In this document: positions 9,388 to 20,089 of the stretch, piece by piece
How positions within the stretch are numbered: the first letter of the stretch is position 1
Layout: the number at the start of each line of letters is the position of its first letter
Origin: a virus
Virus record (IMG/VR): IMGVR_UViG_3300027754_003435
DNA: 64,000 bases
Direction: 5' to 3' (one strand)
Made by a program: the position numbers and the translations under genes
Notes under the pieces: generated by a model
Told to the model about the DNA's origin: nothing
Databases searched by the model: none
Seen by the model: only the letters and a program-made list of their open reading frames with translations

Positions 9388-11646
9388 TTATGATGTTATT
9401 GCAATTACAGTATCATACGACCCACCAAAAGCAGCATCTTTTGATATAGATACGTTTGACCAATTTGTTAATGTTCCTATTTGAACAGGTGATGAACGAC
9501 TTGTGATTCCACCATCACCAAGTTGACCATTAGAACCATTCCCCCAAGCCCACATAGTTCCATTTGTTTTTATAGCTATTGTTGTTGAATTTGCTCCAGT
9601 ATAAACCGTTGACCAATTTGTTAAAGTTCCTATTTGGACTGGTGATGAACGGTTTGTGGTTGTACCATCACCCAATTGACCATAAGAATTATTTACACCC
9701 CAAGCCCAAAGAGTGCCATTCGTTTTTACACTCATGGTATATGAACCGTATGCACTCACCTTTGACCAATTTGTTAATGCACCAACTTGAACAGGTGATG
9801 AATATGTAACTGTGCTACTCAATCCCAATCTACCATTAGCACCCGCTCCCCAAACCCAAAGAGTTCCGTCTGTTTTTACAGCAACTGTGTGACTGTAGCC
9901 ACACGTTACTTCTGACCAATTTGTTAATGTTCCTATTTGAACAGGTGATGAACGACTTGTGATTCCACCATCACCCAATCTACCATTAGAACCATTCCCC
10001 CAAGCCCAAAGAGTTCCGTCTGTTTTTACAGCCATGGTATAATCAGCCCCATGTGCTATTTTTGACCAATTTGTTAATGCACCAACTTGGACAGGTGATG
10101 AATATGTAACTGTGTCAGTATTACCCAATCCTAATTGACCATTTGCATTAGCATGACCCCATGCCCAAAGTGTACCATCTGTTTTTATAGCATGTCTCCA
10201 ATCTGAGTTTGCATATATTTTAGACCAATTCGTCAAAGTTCCTATTTGAACTGGAGATATGTATAGTTTATACGGAATAGAAGTGGTTTCAGTTCCTAAT
10301 CCAGTAGCTTCACCCATACCCCAAAGACTACCAGATGTATTTATAAAAAATGTTTTATTATTTCCATTTGATATAAATGAAATATTACTTATATTTGAAA
10401 GTTGTATTGGTGAAGAATATGATAAGGTTGTTAAAGCGTCATAACCAGCTGTTGATCCTCCACCGTAAACGTCACCCGTGGTTGTTAATGCTATAAATGG
10501 TCTATTAGTTGTTGTGATTTGGTATCTTCTCATCGCTGCTACTTTTGACCAACTTGTTAAAGTTCCAATTTGAACAGGAGATGTATATTGAAATCGGGAA
10601 GTATTGTATACATTACTAGTTTCATCATACAAATAATCCGTACTCTCGCCATTAAAACCGTTAGTACCCCAAGCCCAAAGAGTGCCATCTGTTTTTACAG
10701 CCATCGTATGAGAATTATCACACGTAATATTTGCAGTCCAATTCGTTAATGTTCCTATTTGAACGGGGGATGAACGACTTGAAAAATCTCCAATGCCTAA
10801 TTGTCCAGAATTATTGTCACCCCAAGCCCACAATGTACCATCTGTTTTTACAGCCATGGTATAAAAATGTCCACACGATACCGATAACCAATCTGTTAGT
10901 GTACCAACTTGGACAGGAGACGAATATGTTGTAATTGTCTCATCTCCCAATTGTCCAGAATTATTTTCACCCCAAGCCCACAATGTACCATCTGTTTTTA
11001 TACCCATACTATAATTTATTCCACATGATACTTTTGACCAATTCGTTAATGTACCAACTTGGACAGGAGATGATTTAGGTATTGTACTACTATCGCCACA
11101 TTGTCCAACCGAATTTCTACCCCAACCCCACAGAGTACCATTTGTTTTTACAGCCATGGTATGACTAGTTCCACACGATACATTTGACCAATTAGTTAAT
11201 GTACCAACTTGAACAGGAGATGAATATGTTGTTACAGAATTTAATCCCAATCTACCATTTAAACCCGCTCCCCAAGCCCAAAGAGTTCCGTCTGTTTTTA
11301 CAGCTATAGTATGCGATGAAGCTAATGCCACTTTTGACCAATTTGTTAATGCACCAACTTGAACTGGTGATGATATATTGGAGTTTGTATTATTGATACC
11401 TAACTGAGCATTGAAATTACCACCCCACCCCCAAAGAGTACCATCTGTTTTTATAGCCATTCCAGTAAAATTAGAAGTAGTTATTACCGACCAATTACTA
11501 GAAGTGACTACTAATTTTAACCTTGCATATGTTGTGTTATAATCTAATTCACCATATCTTCCCAAACCCCACCCATATAATTTCGTAGTAGTTACTACGG
11601 GAACAGGAGGTGTTTTAGAAGCATTTATTATTATATTTTTAATCAT
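9388..11646 (-). CDS. RCC1/BLIP-II-like beta-propeller protein (14 repeats), putative fibre-tip adhesin
   Basis: 14 copies of GTLW(A/G/V)WG...LG...SSPVQ(V/I)G.LTNWS-type repeat, a few degenerate. Confidence 0.9.
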   Translation of the reverse strand: MIKNIIINASKTPPVPVVTTTKLYGWGLGRYGELDYNTTYARLKLVVTSSNWSVITTSNFTGMAIKTDGTLWGWGGNFNAQLGINNTNSNISSPVQVGALTNWSKVALASSHTIAVKTDGTLWAWGAGLNGRLGLNSVTTYSSPVQVGTLTNWSNVSCGTSHTMAVKTNGTLWGWGRNSVGQCGDSSTIPKSSPVQVGTLTNWSKVSCGINYSMGIKTDGTLWAWGENNSGQLGDETITTYSSPVQVGTLTDWLSVSCGHFYTMAVKTDGTLWAWGDNNSGQLGIGDFSSRSSPVQIGTLTNWTANITCDNSHTMAVKTDGTLWAWGTNGFNGESTDYLYDETSNVYNTSRFQYTSPVQIGTLTSWSKVAAMRRYQITTTNRPFIALTTTGDVYGGGSTAGYDALTTLSYSSPIQLSNISNISFISNGNNKTFFINTSGSLWGMGEATGLGTETTSIPYKLYISPVQIGTLTNWSKIYANSDWRHAIKTDGTLWAWGHANANGQLGLGNTDTVTYSSPVQVGALTNWSKIAHGADYTMAVKTDGTLWAWGNGSNGRLGDGGITSRSSPVQIGTLTNWSEVTCGYSHTVAVKTDGTLWVWGAGANGRLGLSSTVTYSSPVQVGALTNWSKVSAYGSYTMSVKTNGTLWAWGVNNSYGQLGDGTTTNRSSPVQIGTLTNWSTVYTGANSTTIAIKTNGTMWAWGNGSNGQLGDGGITSRSSPVQIGTLTNWSNVSISKDAAFGGSYDTVIAITS

Positions 11647-11655
11647 AGTATAACC

Positions 11656-14244
11656 TTATATATTTTGTCCACCGATAAAACCCATGAAGTTAGTTCCACT
11701 ATTCAATGAAATAAAACCAAAAACATCTTTTTTACCGTTTGTACTTGTAAGTGTTGGTGCAGTACCGCCTGGCCACAATATCGATGCACCCCATGAAACA
11801 ACTCTCGCTGTTCCATCTGCGGTAAATATCAACACAAATGAACCAGCATTATTTGCAGCGGGTGGATTTGAAATAGTTAATGTTGTTATATTAGCGTTAA
11901 GGGCAACATCAAATACATTACCGTTTGCTAAATTCAAAGTTAATACACCAGGTGATGGTGCAATTGAAATTCCAGGTGTAGAAAAACGTTCTTCATAATC
12001 AATAAAGGTCGGTGTATTTAATGAGCCAGATAGAAATATACTACCCGATACCGTTACATTTTGAGTTAGTGTGTTTACAAACGATGCAGTTGATGCAAAT
12101 GACGCTGAAGTTGCAAATGATGAACTAACGGCATTCAATACATAAGAAGCGGTTGTTGCTGTTCCTTGTAAAGAACCAGTAAATGATGTTGCATTCACTA
12201 TACCGTTTACAAGAATAGAACCAGTTGCAATTATTCCATTTGTTGCTGTTATCGATCCACTATTAACGACTAACGCTGTGTTGTTTACTAAATTAGTACC
12301 AGAAATTCTTACTGTTCCACTATTAGTATATAAGTTAATAGACGATCCAGTTACCGTGATGTTGTTTCCTAGTGCGTATATACCAGTTGACAGACTTGCC
12401 GGTGAACTCGAATTTGCATCAAATGTAATATAATTAACATTTGCAATTGAACCACTTACAAATACTGATCCACTAATTGTAACATTTTGAGTTAGTGTGT
12501 TTACATATGAAGCAGTTGTTGCAAATGATGCAGAAGTTGCAAATGAAGAACTCACACTATTACGTACATATGAAGCAGTTGTTGCAAATGATGCAGAGGT
12601 TGCAGTTGTTTCAGTACCGGGTAAAAGACTAGTTATTTCATTCGTAGTTGAATTATAATATAAAGAACCAGATGTATATGATGATGCTCGAATTGGAGCA
12701 ACATAAAAGCTACCAGTTTGATTAGCAACATAGTTAATCGTATAACTTCCACTTGCATTTATTACAATTGTTTTTGCAGGTTGACTATTGTATCCGGCGT
12801 TACGTCCAATTGCAATAGAATTCTCACCCAATGACAAAACACCTGCTTGATAACCAATCGCAACAGAGTAATTACCTTGGGCTGAAGTACCAGCTTGATA
12901 ACCAACAGCGGTTGATCCCGTACCCTCTGTTCCGGCTGCAGCACCAATTGCAACGCCATACTCACCCTGCGAAGTTGCGCCTGCTGCGTAACCCATTGCA
13001 ACGGCAAAATTTCCTTGAGAAGAATTTCCTGCATTATAACCTATTGCAATAGAACTCGTACCATGTGAAGTTTGTCCAGCATTATGTCCAATTGCTATTC
13101 TGTTGCCATTTGCATCTGATTGTACTTTTACGGTATTTGATAACTTAAATTCACCTGTATTTGGATTTATAGAAGTTGGAGTTGTTGTTGTATCTGCATA
13201 TAAAGTTTTTCCAGAACCGGCTCCATCTACAAAAACTGGATAATAAACTGCATTAGTATTATCGTCGGTTATATTCATTGTACTTGGTGGTGGTACATTA
13301 AGTACATAAGACGCTGTTGTTGCAAATGAAGCAGACACTACCGTTCCACTTAAAAAAGATGCTGTTGATGAATTAGTTGCAAATGAAGCAGACACCACAG
13401 TTCCACTTAAAAATGATGCTGTTGATGCAAATGATGCTGAAGTTGCAGTTGTTGCAGTTCCTTGTAATGAACCAGTAAATGATGTTGCTTGTAGTGAACC
13501 AGTTATACCATACGAACCAGTAAGTTGTTTTGAATTTGTCCAAACGGAACCACTTCTAACCAATAAGTCACCATAAGAAGCGGTAGTTGATGTATCTAAA
13601 ACATTATGCAGTTCATCTAATTGATAACCATTATCTATTTTTACAAATATAGAACCAACCGATGCATGAACTCGTTGAACAAAACCAACAATAACAGTAT
13701 GGGTTGGAGAAACCGGTTTTGTTTGGGTATATCCACCATTCGTACTTAAATATAAAGTAGCACCCGCTGTTAAACCAATCGTATTTAATCCATTAACAAC
13801 CCCATTTGTAGTAACGAATCCTTCTGTTCCTGCAAGAATTGTCTCTGTTATCATACCAATAGTATTCCGTGAACCTTCTTCGGCTGAATTTCCTGCCCTC
13901 TTAACAGAAATTCGATTTCCTTGTGAACCTGAAATATAAACTATTTCACCATCATTAAGAGTTGTTGCTTCTGCATTGTAAACTCTTGCAACTTGTTCTT
14001 GTCCTAATTGGAGTGTTACATTTCCACCTTTCAATCCTAAATCAAGTGTACCATCACCGTCATTCCAAACAAATCTACCAACTGCACCGGCAGCAGATGA
14101 TGTTGTATAGAAGTTGAGATTATCAACATTGTTTATAGATCCACTCATGGTAAGTGAACCGGATATTATAGAACCATTAGAAGCAGTTACAGACTGAAGA
14201 TGTGCATGACTACCACTTGCTACGAGTTTTTTCCAATTAGACAA
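11656..14244 (-). CDS. Tail fibre protein with YadA-head-like repeats
   Basis: AIAIGYNAG/AVAMGYAAG repeats; TASF repeats; Ser/Thr/Gly-rich; TTG start with GGAG upstream. Confidence 0.8.
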   Translation of the reverse strand: MSNWKKLVASGSHAHLQSVTASNGSIISGSLTMSGSINNVDNLNFYTTSSAAGAVGRFVWNDGDGTLDLGLKGGNVTLQLGQEQVARVYNAEATTLNDGEIVYISGSQGNRISVKRAGNSAEEGSRNTIGMITETILAGTEGFVTTNGVVNGLNTIGLTAGATLYLSTNGGYTQTKPVSPTHTVIVGFVQRVHASVGSIFVKIDNGYQLDELHNVLDTSTTASYGDLLVRSGSVWTNSKQLTGSYGITGSLQATSFTGSLQGTATTATSASFASTASFLSGTVVSASFATNSSTASFLSGTVVSASFATTASYVLNVPPPSTMNITDDNTNAVYYPVFVDGAGSGKTLYADTTTTPTSINPNTGEFKLSNTVKVQSDANGNRIAIGHNAGQTSHGTSSIAIGYNAGNSSQGNFAVAMGYAAGATSQGEYGVAIGAAAGTEGTGSTAVGYQAGTSAQGNYSVAIGYQAGVLSLGENSIAIGRNAGYNSQPAKTIVINASGSYTINYVANQTGSFYVAPIRASSYTSGSLYYNSTTNEITSLLPGTETTATSASFATTASYVRNSVSSSFATSASFATTASYVNTLTQNVTISGSVFVSGSIANVNYITFDANSSSPASLSTGIYALGNNITVTGSSINLYTNSGTVRISGTNLVNNTALVVNSGSITATNGIIATGSILVNGIVNATSFTGSLQGTATTASYVLNAVSSSFATSASFASTASFVNTLTQNVTVSGSIFLSGSLNTPTFIDYEERFSTPGISIAPSPGVLTLNLANGNVFDVALNANITTLTISNPPAANNAGSFVLIFTADGTARVVSWGASILWPGGTAPTLTSTNGKKDVFGFISLNSGTNFMGFIGGQNI

Positions 14245-14280
14245 AGGTAACTCCGTAAATTATATTAATACTTATAAATA

Positions 14281-14463
14281 TTACTTAATATATAATTGTT
14301 GAAGTTTATAAACCAAATCATAAACAACTTGAACCTCGTTTCCCTTGAATGTACAATCGGAAACCAATTTTAGTAAAAACTCCAATTCCTCCTTGCTAAA
14401 GGGAGGAATCGGTGGTATATTATTATTTTGTTCTATTTTTTCGTTTCTATTAGCTAAGCCCAT
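14281..14463 (-). CDS. Small hypothetical protein
   Basis: Likely start ATG 14463; lies between fibre genes. Confidence 0.5.
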   Translation of the reverse strand: MGLANRNEKIEQNNNIPPIPPFSKEELEFLLKLVSDCTFKGNEVQVVYDLVYKLQQLYIK

Positions 14464-14501
14464 AAAAAACCTTTTAATTTTTTGTAACATAAATTTATTT
14501 A

Positions 14502-15890
14502 TTAAGAATATATCCAAACACTATCATCAGCTGTGTTAATATACATCTCACCTTTACCATACTCTTGTGCACTAGGTGCGCCGGATGCAAGTTTAACAGT
14601 TGTTACATATTCCAATGCAGTAACTGATGTTGCATTTGTAGCAACACCTTTTGCAACTGCCCATCTACTGTCTCCAATATCATGGTACATTGCAGAACCA
14701 GATGCTAATGAACCCGATGAAGCAACAATACCTGCATCAAGTCCTATTGCAGAACCAGATGCTAATAATATAAATTGGTCTTCAATATTAACATTAGTAA
14801 CATTAAGATTAACTAGTGTTCCGTTAACTGTTAAATCACCGGGAACAACCAAATGATTACCAACGGTAGTTGTTGATGATGCATTTCCAATTGATACAGT
14901 AGTTGCATCGGAAGTACCAATTGCAATTGTTGTTGCATTTGATTGTAATATATTAAATGTACCTGCTGTTGCTGTTCTGATATATGCGCCATTAACAAAA
15001 AGTCCACCCGCTGTTGTAACTGTACCGTCTGAAGGTTTAATTGTTAAGGTATTTGTAGCAACTTTAAGAGTTTCTGCACTTGTGCCTGTATTGTTTGTTA
15101 CAAACGGTATCGGAAAACTAGTAGCAGCTGCATCGGTAGTAGTATTTATGCTATTTGCATTCGTAGCAAATGAAGAACTAACGGCATTCAATACAAAAGA
15201 TGCGGTTGATGCATTAGTTGCAAATGAAGAACTTACACTATTGAGTACATAAGATGCGGTTGATGCATTAGTTGCAAACGAAGAACTTACACTATTGAGT
15301 ACATAAGATGCGGTTGATGCATTAGTTGCAAATGAAGAACTAACGGCATTCAATACAAATGACGCTGTTGATGAATTAGTTGCAAACGAAGAACTTACAC
15401 TATTGAGTACATAAGACGCTGTTGTTGCAAATGATGCAGAAGTTGCAGTTGTTGCAGAAGTTGCAGTTGTTGCAAATGATGCAGTACCTAGTAATGAACC
15501 AGTAAACGAGGTTGCACTAACAGATGTAAGACCGGTTATTGTACTTGCAAGTTGTAAAGAATCAGAAGATTCAACTGCTAAGTTAGTGCCTGCTAAATCA
15601 GTTAAAAGATTTCCATAGGTAGTAAATGAGTTAGTACCATCACTTGTGAAAAATTTATCACCGGATGTTAAATTTGTAATTTCAACAGTTGGAAATGTTG
15701 CGGTTGCTGTTACGCCGGTTATGTTAGTTCCATCGCCACTAAAAGAACCAGTGAAAGAACCCGTAAGTTTTGTTGCTGCCTGTGTAGTTCCAATTATTTG
15801 TGTTGAACCAACTAATACCCCAATCGATGCAGTAACTTGTGCAAGCTCTGCATTACTACCCGATACTATAATTTTTTTCCACGTTGCCAT
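14502..15890 (-). CDS. Tail fibre-like protein with 18-aa tandem repeats
   Basis: N-terminus MATWKKIIVSGS paralogous to MSNWKKLVASGS of 11656-14244; SSSFATNASTASYVLNSV repeats. Confidence 0.75.
   Translation of the reverse strand: MATWKKIIVSGSNAELAQVTASIGVLVGSTQIIGTTQAATKLTGSFTGSFSGDGTNITGVTATATFPTVEITNLTSGDKFFTSDGTNSFTTYGNLLTDLAGTNLAVESSDSLQLASTITGLTSVSATSFTGSLLGTASFATTATSATTATSASFATTASYVLNSVSSSFATNSSTASFVLNAVSSSFATNASTASYVLNSVSSSFATNASTASYVLNSVSSSFATNASTASFVLNAVSSSFATNANSINTTTDAAATSFPIPFVTNNTGTSAETLKVATNTLTIKPSDGTVTTAGGLFVNGAYIRTATAGTFNILQSNATTIAIGTSDATTVSIGNASSTTTVGNHLVVPGDLTVNGTLVNLNVTNVNIEDQFILLASGSAIGLDAGIVASSGSLASGSAMYHDIGDSRWAVAKGVATNATSVTALEYVTTVKLASGAPSAQEYGKGEMYINTADDSVWIYS
15160..15445. 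repeat. 54-nt coding tandem repeat (about 5 units)
   Basis: GCAAA(T/C)GAAGAACT recurs with 54-nt period. Confidence 0.9.
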
Positions 15891-15915
15891 TTAATTCTCC
15901 AAATTAAATTTTTTG

Positions 15916-17382
15916 TTATATAAATAAATATGCGTTACTTGCAGAAATAACTAAACTTCCAGTAGAATTTATTACTGGTAATGAATTAGTAGACGGTAAT
16001 ACAAATGAACCGCTTATTGTAAGTGAGCCGGTAAACTCATGTGTATCATCGGTTGAATCCCCAAACTTGCTTGAACCCGATACTAATAGAGTTTGGTAAT
16101 TAACTACCGATGAAGAAACTACATACGTTCTTGCAGTTATAGTTCCACCAACAACTACGTTACCGTCAAAATTACCATTTGTTGCGTATAAAGTTGCAAA
16201 TCTTGGTGAATCCGATTCTCCTAACCCAAGAACACTTCTTTGTCCAGAACCAGAAATTATATTTGTTCCAAATAAATGTGTTAGAGTTTGAGTGGAAGAT
16301 GAAACTAAACCAATTGGTTTACTTAGAATATTATTCCAATAAACAGAACCACTTAACTCACCACTTGTAACAAATCCCAAATTACTAATTTGTTGTGATG
16401 AAGAAATTGCACCATCAAAGCTACCACTAAATAATGGAGCTACTATTGTTCCACGTGAAGTAAGTGAGCCACTTAGAAATAAAGAACCTGTGAACTGGTG
16501 TGTGTCATCTATTGTATCACCGAATTGAGTTGAACCAGATGCTTTTATTGATTGAATATTAACGATGGATGATGAAATTACATAAGTTCTTGCAGTAAGT
16601 GTACCGTCTATGTAAGCGTTACCTAATAGTGTAAGTCCACTACCAGAAATATTGCCGAATGTAACATTATCGGAAGTACCCAAGCCAATTGAACTTCTTT
16701 GTGTGGATGATGATATAATTCCAGTTCCGCCTAATACTTGAACAGAACTTGATACAATTCCACTTGGTTTATTTACAAGTCCATTCCAATCGGAAGAAGT
16801 TATAAATCCAAAATTTTGTATTTGTTGTGAAGATGATAATGTTCCAAGAGCAACAATATTTGTTAATCCACTACCATTACCAACGAATGTACCATATACA
16901 GAACCAGTTATGTAAACTGAACCCGTGAACTGATGTGTGTCATCCAAACTGTTACCGAATATGTTTGAACCACTACTGAATGATTGTGTTACATTGATTA
17001 CTGATGATGATATTATAAGTTGCCTTGCAGTTAAATCACCAGTCAATGTTAAATTGTTGAATGTAGGTGAATCAGTTGTTGCAAGTCCAAGAACACTTCT
17101 TTGTGCAGAACTTGATATTATACTAGTACCTACAAGGTTTTTAACTGTTTGTGCAGATGAAGATACAACACCACTTGGTAATGCTGCCGGTGAAATGGTT
17201 GTTAACTGAGAACCATCACCTTTAAAATAATAGGCATCAACAGTTCCAGATACAGCTAAGTACGTAACAAGAGACCCAGTTCCATCGAGGAGTGTAGAAT
17301 CATCGGTTGGGTCAGTCTGAAGCAGCCTATAATACGATTCAGATACGTAAAGGCTGGTTAAATCTCTTTGCATACTTGGCAA
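15916..17382 (-). CDS. Virion fibre-like protein with three internal ~160-aa repeats
   Basis: Three copies of VSSS.Q...QRS.(L/I)GL...TAR...SSS...SGS..FG...DDTH.FTGS. Confidence 0.75.
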   Translation of the reverse strand: MPSMQRDLTSLYVSESYYRLLQTDPTDDSTLLDGTGSLVTYLAVSGTVDAYYFKGDGSQLTTISPAALPSGVVSSSAQTVKNLVGTSIISSSAQRSVLGLATTDSPTFNNLTLTGDLTARQLIISSSVINVTQSFSSGSNIFGNSLDDTHQFTGSVYITGSVYGTFVGNGSGLTNIVALGTLSSSQQIQNFGFITSSDWNGLVNKPSGIVSSSVQVLGGTGIISSSTQRSSIGLGTSDNVTFGNISGSGLTLLGNAYIDGTLTARTYVISSSIVNIQSIKASGSTQFGDTIDDTHQFTGSLFLSGSLTSRGTIVAPLFSGSFDGAISSSQQISNLGFVTSGELSGSVYWNNILSKPIGLVSSSTQTLTHLFGTNIISGSGQRSVLGLGESDSPRFATLYATNGNFDGNVVVGGTITARTYVVSSSVVNYQTLLVSGSSKFGDSTDDTHEFTGSLTISGSFVLPSTNSLPVINSTGSLVISASNAYLFI

Positions 17383-17413
17383 TTATTCTCTCTCATTAAT
17401 TCCCATATAAATA

Positions 17414-20080
17414 TCAATTATCTGAAACTAATAACCTTTTTTCTAATTCTTCTATTCTTTCCAAAAGATATTTTATTAATAAACTATGATACGCAGTTAT
17501 TTGATCGGTATTAACAACAAGTTGAGTATCTTTCGGTGAAATAAATCCGTCATTATCTACTGTTTCTTCTAATCCTGTTTTTGGAACAGCACCGACCATG
17601 TGCTCAAATCCTGTTTTTATAAGTTGTTGAGCAGAATATCCTGTTTTTATTCCCTTATCTATTTCATCTTTCCATGTAAATTGAATTGAATCAACTTCGT
17701 TAATGAATCTAATTGCATCTGCTAATTTAATTTTACCAATTATATTTTTAAGTCTTTCATCCGACGTTGCATTAAATTCAGATGCTTGAATACGAGCAGT
17801 TGCAGTTAATGAATATGGATTTGTTCCAGAAGAAACTCCAGTTGATGTTGATGGAGAAAAACCTCCTATATATGAATAATATGCATATGCATATGTTGCA
17901 TTAACACTACCAGTTATAGTTACATAATCGAATAAACCAGATCCAGTAAATGAACCTGTAAATGAACCGGTTGCGGTTGTAAGTTTAGAACCACTAGCAT
18001 ACACAACCAAATCAATACCATCCCATTTTAAGTAAGAACTACTTATAGAACCACTATTACCGATTAACACAGTAGAATTACTTCCAACCGCATTAAACTT
18101 AAATGAGTCTGGATTAGAACGGAATTCAAATCTGGAACCACTTTGATTAATCATCTGTACCGTTGCTTGTGGATAGCTAACACTTGAGTATGGATTTCCT
18201 TGCGTTATACTCCAACCATAATTTGAAGCAGTTAGTGGATAAAGTGTTGCCCATTCTATTCCTTTGTATCCGTAAGAACTTATATAAGAACCAGATTTTG
18301 AACCTGATATATTACCGTATAATTCTATACCACTTGAAGAATATGGTGCAACAAATGTAGAACCAGTAATTATATTATTATCACCAACAATGTATTGATT
18401 TCCACCCTCAATAAATATATTATTTACAGGCGAATCTATATTAGCCTCTTTGTAATCGTCATTAAAATACTTTATTACAAAATCCCAATATTCAGATTTA
18501 TGATTTTGGTCAATCGGAACATATAATGTAGTTCTATTTGGTGTAAATCCCCTATCTATAACTTCTTCAACTCGTATATTCTGCAATATAATTCCTTCAC
18601 TTATAAGGAATTTTAGTATTCCATTGCCATTATTAGCGGTATAAATTGGAATTGAAAAGTTTGATACAAAAGCAGAAAAATCATCGGTCGAAGTATCAAC
18701 TCCCCCCAAATATTTTCCATACTCAGTATCGGCAAAAGTTGCACTACCACTCATATAAACATTTAATGTAGGAGTAGTTGTTATTTCTTTATCTATTAAA
18801 TAATCAAATTTTAATAAGTACAATGTGTCATTGTATAGATTAAAAGCACTACTTCCAGTCTGTTCTAACATAATATACTGACTTGATGATAGTTCAGTTG
18901 CAGTAGTTATTGTTATACCACTAAATAAATTAGAAGAATAAAAAAATTTAGAAGCAGTTGGTGCAGAATTAATTGATGTTACATTCCAATAATCAATTGC
19001 AGATTTAGTTACCGATGTCTGAATACCCGCTCTTGTGAGATTTGTATAGTCTTTAAATTCACCTACATTGAAATCTATAAAATCCGATGAACTATCTATT
19101 AAAATATTATTTAGATTTACTCTATAATCATATAAAGTCTTATAATCAGATGCAGGATTTATTTTGCTCTTCCCCATCACTTTTATTCTTGAAACATATC
19201 CAGTAGATGGTGTGAGACCATCTATATCGATTTTAATATAATTTTTTATATTTTGTGTTACGTTTCTATCAGTTGATGATTTGTAGTAATTTAGAAGATA
19301 CGGTTGATTATATGATTCAATTATATCATAATGTACACCGCTTTGTCCATAAACAACAGGACGAGAATCCAACTCCATCTGTGATGGTAGTTTCACAGAA
19401 ACAACACTAGCACTATAACTAAAACTATTAGTCGATTCTGTTATATTAGGAAGATGAGTATTTGATAGATTAGGAAAAGATAAAATACCATTTTCAAAAT
19501 CTTTAGAAAATGATTGAGAAGTACAAAACAGAATATTTTTTCCATCCAAATACTGAAATGCAGCACTACCACTTACTATAATATTTTTATCAGAAGTAAA
19601 TTTTTCTTCAAGTATAGAATATTTTCTTTCACTCAATGATACGACTGGCTTGTATGTGTATATTATATCATTTCTATTCGGAGCGAGTAAATTTACATCA
19701 AGTTTATGAGTATAACGTACTAATTTATTTTTATCCAATTTAAAGGCGTTTTTACGTGTACCAATAAAAGTTATAGTACATTCACCTACGCTAACATCTT
19801 GATACACATATGCAGAAATTACATTAGATCCATTTATTTCCGCATAATATAAATTAGAATGATAGATGGTATTTCCGGAAGAATCTAAAATTTCAATTTC
19901 TATTGGATTTTCAGTTGATAATGTTTTAAAGTTTGGGTTGTATTTTATTATATTTTTACCAGCTGTAAAATAGCTTGGAGTATATGTTATATTAAAAAAT
20001 GTAGGAGAATTCAATTCAATATCCTCGTAAGATACAGGTATTGCAATCAAACTTTTCTTTAATCTTTTATAATATATCAT
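17414..20080 (-). CDS. Large virion protein with C-terminal peptidase S74 intramolecular chaperone
   Basis: TSDERLKNII...FTWKD...GYSAQQL...C-terminal coiled coil. Confidence 0.8.
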   Translation of the reverse strand: MIYYKRLKKSLIAIPVSYEDIELNSPTFFNITYTPSYFTAGKNIIKYNPNFKTLSTENPIEIEILDSSGNTIYHSNLYYAEINGSNVISAYVYQDVSVGECTITFIGTRKNAFKLDKNKLVRYTHKLDVNLLAPNRNDIIYTYKPVVSLSERKYSILEEKFTSDKNIIVSGSAAFQYLDGKNILFCTSQSFSKDFENGILSFPNLSNTHLPNITESTNSFSYSASVVSVKLPSQMELDSRPVVYGQSGVHYDIIESYNQPYLLNYYKSSTDRNVTQNIKNYIKIDIDGLTPSTGYVSRIKVMGKSKINPASDYKTLYDYRVNLNNILIDSSSDFIDFNVGEFKDYTNLTRAGIQTSVTKSAIDYWNVTSINSAPTASKFFYSSNLFSGITITTATELSSSQYIMLEQTGSSAFNLYNDTLYLLKFDYLIDKEITTTPTLNVYMSGSATFADTEYGKYLGGVDTSTDDFSAFVSNFSIPIYTANNGNGILKFLISEGIILQNIRVEEVIDRGFTPNRTTLYVPIDQNHKSEYWDFVIKYFNDDYKEANIDSPVNNIFIEGGNQYIVGDNNIITGSTFVAPYSSSGIELYGNISGSKSGSYISSYGYKGIEWATLYPLTASNYGWSITQGNPYSSVSYPQATVQMINQSGSRFEFRSNPDSFKFNAVGSNSTVLIGNSGSISSSYLKWDGIDLVVYASGSKLTTATGSFTGSFTGSGLFDYVTITGSVNATYAYAYYSYIGGFSPSTSTGVSSGTNPYSLTATARIQASEFNATSDERLKNIIGKIKLADAIRFINEVDSIQFTWKDEIDKGIKTGYSAQQLIKTGFEHMVGAVPKTGLEETVDNDGFISPKDTQLVVNTDQITAYHSLLIKYLLERIEELEKRLLVSDN

Positions 20081-20089
20081 TTTTTTGTA

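Noticed and set aside
9388-11646. Near-identical RCC1 repeats as a DGR template/variable-repeat pair
   Set aside because: Differences between 9457-9552 and 9913-10008 include C/T and T/G changes, not adenine-only; both copies are coding; no reverse transcriptase in the window
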